The notes beneath the pieces are model-generated. The model was not told where the DNA came from, searched no databases, and saw only the letters and a program-made list of their open reading frames with translations. A DNA stretch of 43,736 bases from a virus, in the IMG/VR virus record IMGVR_UViG_3300043178_000054, positions 1-43,736 of that record; one strand, given 5' to 3'. Position numbers and translations under genes: made by a program. Shown in pieces: positions 23,736 to 31,251 of this stretch. How positions within the stretch are numbered: position 1 is the stretch's first letter; the number at the start of each line of letters is the position of its first letter.

Positions 23736-23953
23736 CCGCCAAGTGGACCAGGTGCCCCCGTTGTGGCGCCCTCGCCCGCCAGAGGCGAACCACCAGCCGA
23801 CCCCCCTACTCAATCGAAATCTTCAGCAGTGGAACAAGACGCCAGCTCCTCCTCTGCGCCACCGAAGGCTGGCTCATCCTCAACGAGGACCTCACCTGGG
23901 TGAAAACGCTGCGGGGCGGCCAGAGGGGCGCCGCCGGCGGCCCCAAGCCTTAG
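23732..23953 (+). CDS. Small hypothetical protein with a CPRCG motif (73 aa)
   Basis: ATGA overlap with the upstream stop. MTAKWTRCPRCGALARQ. Confidence 0.5.
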   Translation: MTAKWTRCPRCGALARQRRTTSRPPYSIEIFSSGTRRQLLLCATEGWLILNEDLTWVKTLRGGQRGAAGGPKP

Positions 23954-24000
23954 GCCCCAAGGCCCGATTCGGTCCATGCGCCCCTTCTCTCCCCTCACTA

Positions 24001-24029
24001 TTGCCAGCCCCCGCCGCATGCGGTATCAT
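24001..24029 (+). promoter_or_regulatory. Sigma-70-like promoter: TTGCCA-17 nt-TATCAT
   Basis: Read directly. The spacer contains the palindrome ccgcatgcgg. Preceded by a degenerate copy of the hairpin family (23953-23984). Confidence 0.55.
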
Positions 24030-24079
24030 CCATCCGGGCGTCTCGGGAGCCCCTAATAACACCCACGGAGGACACACAA

Positions 24080-24358
24080 ATGTACCTGGTCATCGACAAC
24101 GGGCGGCTCTACGTCACGAACAGCGACGAAGCCTCCCTCCGCCTCGCGCAGCGGCGCGCCGGCCATTCCTTCCACTTCGAGCCGATCCCCTACGGGGAAG
24201 TTTCCATCGCCCGCCGCCACCGCACCCCAGAGGAGCAGTCCCTGATCGAGCAGCTGGCCAAGGCATCCAGGCGCAAGGGGAGGTTGGCCGACCAAGCCAC
24301 CATCAACCAAACCCTCGACCTCCTCATGGAGGAGCTCGGAAGTGAAGAGCTGCGATGA
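24080..24358 (+). CDS. Hypothetical early protein (92 aa)
   Basis: GGAGGA RBS and ATG 24080. Confidence 0.6.
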   Translation: MYLVIDNGRLYVTNSDEASLRLAQRRAGHSFHFEPIPYGEVSIARRHRTPEEQSLIEQLAKASRRKGRLADQATINQTLDLLMEELGSEELR

Positions 24359-24864
24359 TGCACCTCACCGCCTCCTACCTCCGTGCCCACGGATTCTGCC
24401 ACGAGGGCTGCGCGCGCTTCGCCCGGCGGTACCCCAACGGGGTCGAGCTGACGCCCGAGTGGCTACGCGAGCACGCAGACCTCCTACATCTCCCTCGCAT
24501 CCTCATCCTCGCGCCGACGAACGTACCCGAGTGGCGCACCTTCGGCGAAGCGTGGCGCCGCTACGCCGAGGCGTGGCGCGCCTGCGACGAGGCGAGTCAC
24601 GTCTACCACAAGGCGAGCCTTGTCTATGACAAGGCACATCACGCCTATAGCGAAGCGAGTCAAGCCTATAACGAGGTGCATCGCGCCTACCAAGAGGCGA
24701 GTCGCGTCTACCACAAGGCGAGCCGCGCATTCATCGAGGCGGGAGAGGCCCGCGGCGAGGCGCGTCGCGCCTACAAAGAACCATGCCGCGCCGCCCTCGC
24801 CATCCCCGGTTTCTGGGACTGGCTCGCTTCCGCCCAACTCGTGAAGGGGAGGGGCTCTCGATGA
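24355..24864 (+). CDS. Heptad-repeat protein (169 aa): N-terminal about 58-aa domain plus 13 tandem 7-aa units
   Basis: ATGA overlap with the upstream gene. Units: WRTFGEA WRRYAEA WRACDEA SHVYHKA SLVYDKA HHAYSEA SQAYNEV HRAYQEA SRVYHKA SRAFIEA GEARGEA RRAYKEP CRAALAI. Confidence 0.65.
   Translation: MMHLTASYLRAHGFCHEGCARFARRYPNGVELTPEWLREHADLLHLPRILILAPTNVPEWRTFGEAWRRYAEAWRACDEASHVYHKASLVYDKAHHAYSEASQAYNEVHRAYQEASRVYHKASRAFIEAGEARGEARRAYKEPCRAALAIPGFWDWLASAQLVKGRGSR
24532..24804 (+). repeat. 21-bp periodic coding tandem repeat (13 units)
   Basis: Units parsed by hand. The periodicity leaves four other frames open (track ORFs 24342-24629, 24484-24837, 24503-24730, 24620-24844), which are artefacts. 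Confidence 0.85.
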
Positions 24865-24954
24865 TGCCCAAGCGGCTTCGCGACGCCGATCTCGCGCACC
24901 CCTGACATCGAACCGACAACCCTTGTGTTCTCAACAACCTCTTTGGAGACCAAC

Positions 24955-25374
24955 ATGGCCCACTTCTCATGCAGCCCCAACAGCATCACCCTCTCCTTCA
25001 ACCGCTCGGAGTTGACGGAGGAGCAGATGCGTGGCTTGAAGCTCTTCTTCGGAAAGCTCGAGGTCCCCAGCTTCTACCAAGAAAGCGAGGGCCACAAGCC
25101 TCTTTCCGGCTACACCACCATCGGCACGAAAGACTCCACAGGCATCTACCCGGGCATCACCTTCCACGTCTACATCAACCAGGCCTACATCTGTCGTCAA
25201 GTCGAAGGGGAGACGGTCGAGGTTGCTCCGGATAGCTGGGTTCGCAGTGAAGGCGAAGCCCTCGCCGCCATGACCACCGAAGAGCGCCTCGCCTACGTTG
25301 AGAAGCTGATCGCCGCCAAGACCCAACCCAAGGTGCGCCCCAAGTACGAGTGCATCCCGGCTGAGAGGGCGTAG
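24955..25374 (+). CDS. Hypothetical early protein (139 aa)
   Basis: GGAGA RBS 5 nt upstream of ATG 24955 (MAHFSCSPNS). The track GTG at 24925 is also possible. Confidence 0.55.
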   Translation: MAHFSCSPNSITLSFNRSELTEEQMRGLKLFFGKLEVPSFYQESEGHKPLSGYTTIGTKDSTGIYPGITFHVYINQAYICRQVEGETVEVAPDSWVRSEGEALAAMTTEERLAYVEKLIAAKTQPKVRPKYECIPAERA

Positions 25375-25376
25375 GC

Positions 25377-25601
25377 GTGTCCCAGCCACCCACCCTCTAC
25401 ACCTTCACCTTCGATGCCGGCCACCTGATGTGGGAGTCCCATCGCCACTTCTCCACCGACGAAGCGGCGTTGGCCTTCGGCAAGGCGCAAGCCGCACGGC
25501 TCCGCCTCACCGTCCCGCTTCTCGTCACACGTGAGGACCCTCCCATAGTGATCGGCCAGTTCCTCTGGGGTGTGATAACATTGTCAGGTCCGGTCAGGTG
25601 A
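25377..25601 (+). CDS. Hypothetical early protein (74 aa)
   Basis: GTG 25377 lies 2 nt after the upstream TAG. Confidence 0.45.
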   Translation: MSQPPTLYTFTFDAGHLMWESHRHFSTDEAALAFGKAQAARLRLTVPLLVTREDPPIVIGQFLWGVITLSGPVR

Positions 25602-25846
25602 AGCCCACACACTTCGCTCAAGAGCCTGGTAAGTGGAGGCCGTGGCCCGCGTGGGCTCCGGCCCCACTCCCCACCCACCTCGCCCAGCGAGACACCAGCC
25701 CCGCTGGCCAAGCCCTCTTCCGCATCTCACAAGACCTCTTCACAGTCGTTATCTACGTTCACGCCCTCCGCTACGAGAGCGGGGAGTGGAACTGCCGTAC
25801 CGGCTGGAAGCAGCCCACGCCCCACACCGACAAGGAGACCTCGTGA
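25598..25846 (+). CDS. Hypothetical early protein (82 aa)
   Basis: GTGA overlaps at both ends (25598 and 25843). Confidence 0.45.
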   Translation: MKPTHFAQEPGKWRPWPAWAPAPLPTHLAQRDTSPAGQALFRISQDLFTVVIYVHALRYESGEWNCRTGWKQPTPHTDKETS

Positions 25847-27258
25847 ATCCCTCACTCCAACAAGCCGCCATCATGGAAGCTCTTCAAGCCTCCCACAAGC
25901 ATCAGTCCATTCGTGCCCTGGCGGGGACCGGCAAAACGACTACCATCGTCATGTGCCAGCCCGTCCGCAGCGGCCTCAACATCGCCTTCAACCGCAACGT
26001 CCGGGCCGAGTTCACAGAGCGAATGCCGGAGGCCACGAATCACACCTTCAACTCCTTCGGCCACTGGATCATCAAGCAGAACTTGGGCACCCCACGCTTT
26101 GACGCCAAAAAGGTCTGGTTCGTCTTCGAAGAGGTCGGGTTCAAGGGAAGCTTGGCCGACACTCGCCGCCTCGTCGAGATCGCCCGCAACTGCGGAGTTG
26201 GACCAAGCCCCACCAGCCGGATCAAGCACACGGACATGGACTGGTGGGAGCGCACCATCGACGAGTTCGATCTGGATGTGGACCCCCGCCACGTCCCGCT
26301 GCTGCCGAAGGTAATCGAGCGGATGTGGGCGCTGGCCTGCGATCGGATCATCGACTACACGGACCAGATCTGGTGCCCGGTAGTCATGAACCTCTCCCTG
26401 GGTCGCCCGTTCGGCGTCGTTTATGTTGACGAGGCCCAGGACATGAACCCCATGCAAGAGGACCTAATCTCCCGCATGGCCCGGCAGAACCAGATCATCC
26501 TGGTTGGCGACCCGCACCAGGCGATCTACGGGTTCCGCGGCGCGGTCGCCTCCATGCCCATCATGGAGCGCCGCCTTGGAATCGTCGAGCCGCTCCCCCT
26601 CACCGTCACCTACCGTTGCCCCAAGGCGGTGGTGCGGGAGGCGCAGCAGTGGGTGCCAGAGTACACCTTCGCACCCGAGGCTCCCGAGGGCAGCGTCGCC
26701 ACTCTCCAAGAGTGGTCTCACAAAGACATCCCCCTCGGCGCCACGATCCTCTGCCGCAACAACGCACCCCTCGTTCGGGTGGCCCTGTACCTCCTCGCCA
26801 ACCAGCGAGGTGCCACCATCCGAGGCACAGAGATCGGCAAGGGCCTGGTCAAGGTTCTCAAGGGCATCGCCAAGGAGGGCAACCCCAGGACCCCCGAGGA
26901 TCTCCTCTCCGCCATCAAGTCCTGGTACCACTCCAACTACGAGAAGGCGGGGGCGGAGGACAAGGCGGAGTGCCTCACTGCCCTGGTCAAGGGGCTCAAG
27001 ACCGCCTCCATCGACGAGCTCATCCGGCGGATTCAGAGCCTCTTCTCGGAGGAAGCCGGGCTCGTCACCCTCTCCACCATTCACAAGGCCAAGGGGCTGG
27101 AGTGGACCTCCGTCTTTTTCCTCGACCGCTACCTGATCCCCTCTCGACTCGCAAGGGGGGAGGAGCAGCTTCAGCAGGAGACCAACCTCCTCTACGTCGG
27201 GGTGACAAGGGCTAAGCACAGCCTGACCTACATCAGAACGGACGGCCTTCGGGCCTGA
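25843..27258 (+). CDS. UvrD/Rep-family (SF1) DNA helicase (471 aa)
   Basis: Motif I ALAGTGKTTT, motif II VYVDEAQDM, motif III ILVGDPHQAIYGFRGA, TIHKAKGLEW and LYVGVTRAK. Proposed GTG 25843 with AGGAG 5 nt upstream. The track start at 25633 adds 70 Pro/Arg-rich codons. Confidence 0.9.
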   Translation: MNPSLQQAAIMEALQASHKHQSIRALAGTGKTTTIVMCQPVRSGLNIAFNRNVRAEFTERMPEATNHTFNSFGHWIIKQNLGTPRFDAKKVWFVFEEVGFKGSLADTRRLVEIARNCGVGPSPTSRIKHTDMDWWERTIDEFDLDVDPRHVPLLPKVIERMWALACDRIIDYTDQIWCPVVMNLSLGRPFGVVYVDEAQDMNPMQEDLISRMARQNQIILVGDPHQAIYGFRGAVASMPIMERRLGIVEPLPLTVTYRCPKAVVREAQQWVPEYTFAPEAPEGSVATLQEWSHKDIPLGATILCRNNAPLVRVALYLLANQRGATIRGTEIGKGLVKVLKGIAKEGNPRTPEDLLSAIKSWYHSNYEKAGAEDKAECLTALVKGLKTASIDELIRRIQSLFSEEAGLVTLSTIHKAKGLEWTSVFFLDRYLIPSRLARGEEQLQQETNLLYVGVTRAKHSLTYIRTDGLRA

Positions 27259-27332
27259 AATGTGGAGGTCCTCGTCCCGCTCATCCTGGTCCTCTGGACC
27301 TACATCATCATCAGAACACTCTGGAGGTAAGC

Positions 27333-27530
27333 ATGCCTGCTGTTCGTTTGATCCCGACCAAGGAGCTCAAGCTCCTCGTCCACTTCGCTCGCCTCGGGCG
27401 GCAGTACGCCGAGCTGCGCAACCGCGCCGGATTGGAGCCGTACTGCTCCGAGCAGGAGTACCATCTGGTGGAGGACATCATCAAGGGCCTCCACCTCGGG
27501 CGCCGCCGCCGGCCAGAGGCCACCCAATGA
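27333..27530 (+). CDS. Hypothetical protein (65 aa)
   Basis: GGAGG RBS and ATG 27333. ATGA overlap with the downstream gene. Confidence 0.55.
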   Translation: MPAVRLIPTKELKLLVHFARLGRQYAELRNRAGLEPYCSEQEYHLVEDIIKGLHLGRRRRPEATQ

Positions 27531-27697
27531 GGTTCGCCACCATGGTCGCTCAGGCCTCCACCCGAATGCCGGAGAACCTGAAGGAAGCACTCCGCTTGGC
27601 TGCCCTGGCCAACGGAGACAGCATGTCTGCCGTCATCCGGCGGGCGATCGAACGGGAGTGTCGCTACCAGATCCGGCGCCTCGGGCGTAGGAGGTAA
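27527..27697 (+). CDS. Ribbon-helix-helix (CopG/Arc/MetJ-like) DNA-binding protein (56 aa)
   Basis: STRMPENLKEALRLAALANGDSMSAVIRRAIE fits a beta-strand/helix/helix RHH pattern. Confidence 0.65.
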   Translation: MRFATMVAQASTRMPENLKEALRLAALANGDSMSAVIRRAIERECRYQIRRLGRRR

Positions 27698-27700
27698 CCC

Positions 27701-27883
27701 ATGCCCTCCGCTCCTTCCCTCCGCCAGGCCAAGGCCATCCTTGACCGGCAGCAACAAGACCTGACCGTAACCCTCGCGCAGCAACTCGACACGATCGCAG
27801 AGCGCGATCTCAGAATCGAGGAGCTGGAACAACGGATCCTGGAGCTGGAAGACCTGCTTCAATCCGTCAGAAGAATGCAGTAG
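27701..27883 (+). CDS. Small coiled-coil protein (60 aa)
   Basis: AGGAGG RBS. LRIEELEQRILELEDLLQ heptad pattern. Confidence 0.55.
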   Translation: MPSAPSLRQAKAILDRQQQDLTVTLAQQLDTIAERDLRIEELEQRILELEDLLQSVRRMQ

Positions 27884-27916
27884 TGCAGCCCAATACGACG
27901 GCACCTCCCACGCCGG

Positions 27917-27937
27917 CAGAGGGCGCATCGCCCTCTG
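27917..27937 (+). terminator. Hairpin cagagggcg-cat-cgccctctg (9-bp stem), first of two tandem hairpins after gene 27701-27883
   Basis: Read directly. No U-tract. Confidence 0.5.
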
Positions 27938-27944
27938 AGTGTTA

Positions 27945-27975
27945 TGCCCCGGGGTCCATTTCGGTCCTCGGGGCA
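27945..27975 (+). terminator. Conserved hairpin family, copy 3: tgccccgggg-tccatttcggt-cctcggggca
   Basis: 10-bp stem with one G-U pair. Conserved loop core CCATTTCGG. Confidence 0.6.
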
Positions 27976-28000
27976 CAACCCCCATCCCTCACCAGCCCCC

Positions 28001-28028
28001 TTGCCAGGTTCCCATCGGCCGGTATAAT
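28001..28028 (+). promoter_or_regulatory. Strong sigma-70-like promoter: TTGCCA-16 nt-TATAAT
   Basis: Perfect -10 hexamer, bracketed by the inverted repeat ggccgg/ccggcc. About 40 nt upstream of the AAGGAG RBS of gene 28068. Confidence 0.65.
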
Positions 28029-28067
28029 CCGGCCAACAACAACGCGCCTCTGGCGCAAGGAGCAATC

Positions 28068-28547
28068 ATGCAGATTCCCGAAGGAAGTCCGATCACCCAG
28101 TTCACCGTCGCCGAGGTGCAGGCGAACATCCCGATGCCCTTCGCCGCAGGCTTCGTCTGCGGCAAGCCGGAGGCGGACGTGCTCAACCAGGTCGTGGTCG
28201 AGAACGTGCGCAACAACCTCCGGGAGGAGGTGAAGAGGCTCAAGGCCGAGAACCCCGGCACCGACATCTCGGCCGCGGTTCAGAAGCTGGTCGACGAGTA
28301 CGTCACCTCCTACACGTTCGGGGCGCACCGCACCGGCCCGCGCCTGGACCCGGTGGAGTCCCAGGCCCTCGACCTGGCCGTCGGCATCGTCAAGCGGAAG
28401 GCGATGGAGAAGGGCGAGAAGGTCTCCGAGCTCGGAATGCCCGAGCTGAAGGAGCGCGCGCGCAAGCTCCTCGACGATCCGGTGATCGGCGAGCGCTTCC
28501 GCGAGCGTGCGCGCGCCATCGTCGAGGCTTCGCAGATCGACCTGTAA
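28068..28547 (+). CDS. Hypothetical protein (159 aa), apparently monocistronic with strong expression signals
   Basis: AAGGAG RBS and ATG 28068 (MQIPEGSPITQFTVAEV). Own promoter upstream and a large GC-rich structure downstream. Confidence 0.6.
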   Translation: MQIPEGSPITQFTVAEVQANIPMPFAAGFVCGKPEADVLNQVVVENVRNNLREEVKRLKAENPGTDISAAVQKLVDEYVTSYTFGAHRTGPRLDPVESQALDLAVGIVKRKAMEKGEKVSELGMPELKERARKLLDDPVIGERFRERARAIVEASQIDL

Positions 28548-28558
28548 GCGCCCCAGCA

Positions 28559-28650
28559 GGGGGAGGTGGCGGAGGTGGGTGGTGGAGGTGGGTGGAGGTG
28601 GACCCCTCCTCAACCCCTCCCCACCCCCCACCCACCCCCCACCTCTCCCT
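28559..28650. repeat. G-rich tract followed by C-rich tract (imperfect inverted repeat of about 45 nt per arm; hairpin / G4 / i-motif potential)
   Basis: gggggaggtggcggaggtgggtggtggaggtgggtggaggtgga / cccctcctcaacccctccccaccccccacccaccccccacctctccc. Intergenic. Confidence 0.6.
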
Positions 28651-28765
28651 GCCCATCTTCCCCTCCCGGCAGGGCACCGGGCTTTAGTGGTAGGGGCTGC
28701 AAAGCCCCTCCAGCTAAACCCCAGCCCGGTTCCCCTCCACCGCATAGCCCTGCTGGGAGGATAAG

Positions 28766-29011
28766 ATGGAAGAGGCAATCAAGAATCTCCTCGATGCAGC
28801 AGCGGGCTCCCCCACTGGCATCTGGGTGGAGTCCCCCAACCGTGTGGCCCTTCGGACGTTCATCCTCCGTGCCATCGCGGGGGCGCCCACCTATGCGGGG
28901 CTTACCTGTATCTTCAGCCCCATCAATCCAACGCATCTCATTATCATGAAGTTGGAGGCTCTCGATGCGCGGAAAGAAGATCCCGCAGGAAGTCCACCAG
29001 ATCCGAGTTAG
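28766..29011 (+). CDS. Hypothetical protein (81 aa)
   Basis: GGAGG RBS and ATG 28766. Confidence 0.5.
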   Translation: MEEAIKNLLDAAAGSPTGIWVESPNRVALRTFILRAIAGAPTYAGLTCIFSPINPTHLIIMKLEALDARKEDPAGSPPDPS

Positions 29012-29204
29012 GATCTTCAAGGAGGACCACGAAGTCCTCCAAGGAGTCTACCAGCTCCAAGGCATCTCCGCAGTCATTCGTGCCCTTGCGCACGCGCACG
29101 CTAACACACTTCGCGAAAGGCAGAAGGAGGCTCAAGATGTCCTCATCTCCGGTGGACCTGTCGGAGATCTTCTCGAAAGCGCCGGACCAGCTGACGGAGA
29201 GTGA
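28965..29204 (+). CDS. Possible RHH-like small DNA-binding protein (79 aa)
   Basis: GGAGG RBS. IRVRIFKEDHEVLQGVYQLQGISAVIRALAHAH fits a strand-helix-helix pattern. Overlaps both neighbours (47 and 68 nt). Confidence 0.4.
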   Translation: MRGKKIPQEVHQIRVRIFKEDHEVLQGVYQLQGISAVIRALAHAHANTLRERQKEAQDVLISGGPVGDLLESAGPADGE

Positions 29205-29397
29205 AATCAACGCCGTGATCGCCGAGCTCCGCACCGCCCGGGACAGCTGGGAGACGGAGAAGGTGGCGGCGCAGCGGAGCGGAAAGCGGAGCCCCAGGCC
29301 CAGCGCCGGCATTTCTGCCAAGGCCGTTCAGAAGAACGCCGCCTTGGATGAGCTCCTCAACGACCCGGCGCTCAAGAGTCTGATGGAGGACCTATGA
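29137..29397 (+). CDS. Hypothetical protein (86 aa)
   Basis: AAGGAGG RBS and ATG 29137 (MSSSPVDLSEIF). Confidence 0.55.
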   Translation: MSSSPVDLSEIFSKAPDQLTESEINAVIAELRTARDSWETEKVAAQRSGKRSPRPSAGISAKAVQKNAALDELLNDPALKSLMEDL

Positions 29398-29406
29398 TGC
29401 TGGTAG

Positions 29407-30369
29407 TTGGCACCAGCTTCCTCGGCATGGGCCTGGAGATCGGCGGGTCGCGGAACTGTGGCGTTCGTGCCGGGTCTCACCGTGTTCAGTAAGAAGCTCC
29501 CGAAGCTCCAGCTTGGGTGGGATGCCTACTCGCTGGGCACCTTCCTCAACTGCCCCCGCCGGTACCAGTACCAGATCCTCGAGGGTTGGGTTCCGAAGAT
29601 GACAGCCCTGGATCTGGAGTTCGGCATCCGCACGCACGCCGCCCTGGAGCACGCAGACATTGCTCGGGCCGGCGGTGCTGACTTGATGGAGCAGCTCCGC
29701 ATTGCGACGGCCTTCGCCCTCTCTCAGCCGGAGTTCGACTTTCCTACTCCCCAGAAGAACCGCTTCACCCTGGTCCGCTCCGTCGTCTGGTATCTGCTGA
29801 ACTACGCGAACAAGATGCCCAAGCATCTTTCCGCCCTCCACATCGAGATGCCGTTCCGCTTCGACTCAGGTCTCTCCTACGGAGACGAATCCTTCGTGTT
29901 GTGCGGCCACCTCGACGGGGTGGTCGAGCTCCTCGACGGCATCTACGTTCTCGAGCGAAAGACCACCAAGTCCACACTCAACGAGCAGTATTTCGGGAAC
30001 TTCACTCCCAATCACCAGGTCACAATCTACTACCTGGCTGGTCTGGTCGTGTTTCAGGTTCCCGCCAAGGGTGTCCTCCTCGACGCCATCCAGACCGTTG
30101 CGAACTTCACTGCCTTCGATCGGAGAACGATTGCGCGCACTCCTGGCCAGCTGGAAGAGTTCACAGCCGACCTTGTGCACTGGCTCCGATTTGCGGTATA
30201 TTACGCAGATCAGAACCACTGGCCCATGAACGAGGCATCCTGTCGGATCTGCCCGTTCAATCGAGTGTGCTCGAAAGACCCGTCGGTGAGAGAGTCGTTC
30301 CTTCAGGGTGACTTCCTCAAGCGAACGTGGAACCCACTTATCGAGCGAACCGCCGGCGAGAACCGTTAG
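29407..30369 (+). CDS. Cas4-like / RecB-family PD-(D/E)xK exonuclease with Fe-S cysteines
   Basis: N-terminal CPRRYQY, core GHLDGVV...YVLERKT, C-terminal CRICPFNRVC (C...CxxCx5C). The start is uncertain (TTG 29407 or GTG 29455). Confidence 0.75.
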   Translation: MAPASSAWAWRSAGRGTVAFVPGLTVFSKKLPKLQLGWDAYSLGTFLNCPRRYQYQILEGWVPKMTALDLEFGIRTHAALEHADIARAGGADLMEQLRIATAFALSQPEFDFPTPQKNRFTLVRSVVWYLLNYANKMPKHLSALHIEMPFRFDSGLSYGDESFVLCGHLDGVVELLDGIYVLERKTTKSTLNEQYFGNFTPNHQVTIYYLAGLVVFQVPAKGVLLDAIQTVANFTAFDRRTIARTPGQLEEFTADLVHWLRFAVYYADQNHWPMNEASCRICPFNRVCSKDPSVRESFLQGDFLKRTWNPLIERTAGENR

Positions 30370-30377
30370 GAGCCCTG

Positions 30378-31244
30378 ATGCCCACTCTCGAAAGCCAACC
30401 TGCGCTCCCCTGTGTGAAGATCATCGTCGCCGGAGACTCTGGTAGCGGAAAGACTGGCAGCTTGGCTGCCCTTGCCAACGCCGGCTACGAGCTGTTCATC
30501 CAGGACTACGACAACGGAGTCGATCCGCTCTACAAGTACGTAAAGCCGGAGGCGCGCTCACGGGTTCACTTTGTCACCCTGGCTGACCAGATCTCCGTCT
30601 CCGGCATCACCGTTCAGGTCAGCAGGGCAGACTCATTCACCAGGGGAATGAACCTGTTGAGCAACTGGACGGAGGACAAGCAGTCCTTTGGAGCTGTGTC
30701 CACCTGGGACAAGCGTCGGGTCCTGGTCATCGACTCCCTGACCATGATGGCGAACGCAGCGGTGCGGCTGGTCCTCGCCCAAATGGGCAACATGAACTTC
30801 AAGCCGACACCAGAGAAGGGCGAGAGGCATCCAATGTCCGTCATCGGGGAGGCACAGAACAAGTTGGAAGCCCTCTTCGGGTTGCTGTTCTCCCCGGCGA
30901 TCAAGTGCAACGTGGTGCTCATCTCGCACATCAAGGCAGTCGGTGAAGGCGAGAACGAGCGGTTCTTCCCGTCAAGTGTGGGGAAGGCGCTGCCCCCAAT
31001 CCTCCCCCGGTACTTCAACTGGATGGTGGAATACAAGCAGGAGAAGGGACAGAGAATCATTTCCACCATCCCTGGGAGGCTCACCACCAAGGCCCCCGCC
31101 GACCTGCCCCCGATCCTCCAGATTTCCGACGGCCTGCTCCGCATCTTCGATGCAGTCAACGGGCCGTTCGACAAGATCTTGGCGGCGCAGCCGCCCAAGA
31201 AGCTGGCGGAACCCCCGCGAGCAGCAACCAACCAACCAACCTGA
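30378..31244 (+). CDS. RecA-fold ATPase, Sak4-like (AAA_24-type) recombination protein (288 aa)
   Basis: Walker A VAGDSGSGKTGS and Walker B VLVIDSLT. Lies between the Cas4-like nuclease and the SSB-like gene. TAGGAG RBS and ATG 30378. Confidence 0.65.
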   Translation: MPTLESQPALPCVKIIVAGDSGSGKTGSLAALANAGYELFIQDYDNGVDPLYKYVKPEARSRVHFVTLADQISVSGITVQVSRADSFTRGMNLLSNWTEDKQSFGAVSTWDKRRVLVIDSLTMMANAAVRLVLAQMGNMNFKPTPEKGERHPMSVIGEAQNKLEALFGLLFSPAIKCNVVLISHIKAVGEGENERFFPSSVGKALPPILPRYFNWMVEYKQEKGQRIISTIPGRLTTKAPADLPPILQISDGLLRIFDAVNGPFDKILAAQPPKKLAEPPRAATNQPT

Positions 31245-31251
31245 GGAAACC

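Noticed and set aside
23939-23984. Fifth member of the hairpin family
   Set aside because: The left arm and loop are present (ggccccaagg-cccgattcggt) but the right arm is degenerate (ccatgcgcccc), so no stable stem forms. It is treated as a decayed copy, not a functional element.
29394-29492. Short ORF (MMLVVGTSFLGMGLEIGG...) starting at the ATGATG that overlaps the stop of gene 29137-29397
   Set aside because: It is about 32 aa and overlaps the likely 5' end of the Cas4-like nuclease gene. There is no independent support for it. It is noted only because it clouds the nuclease start assignment.
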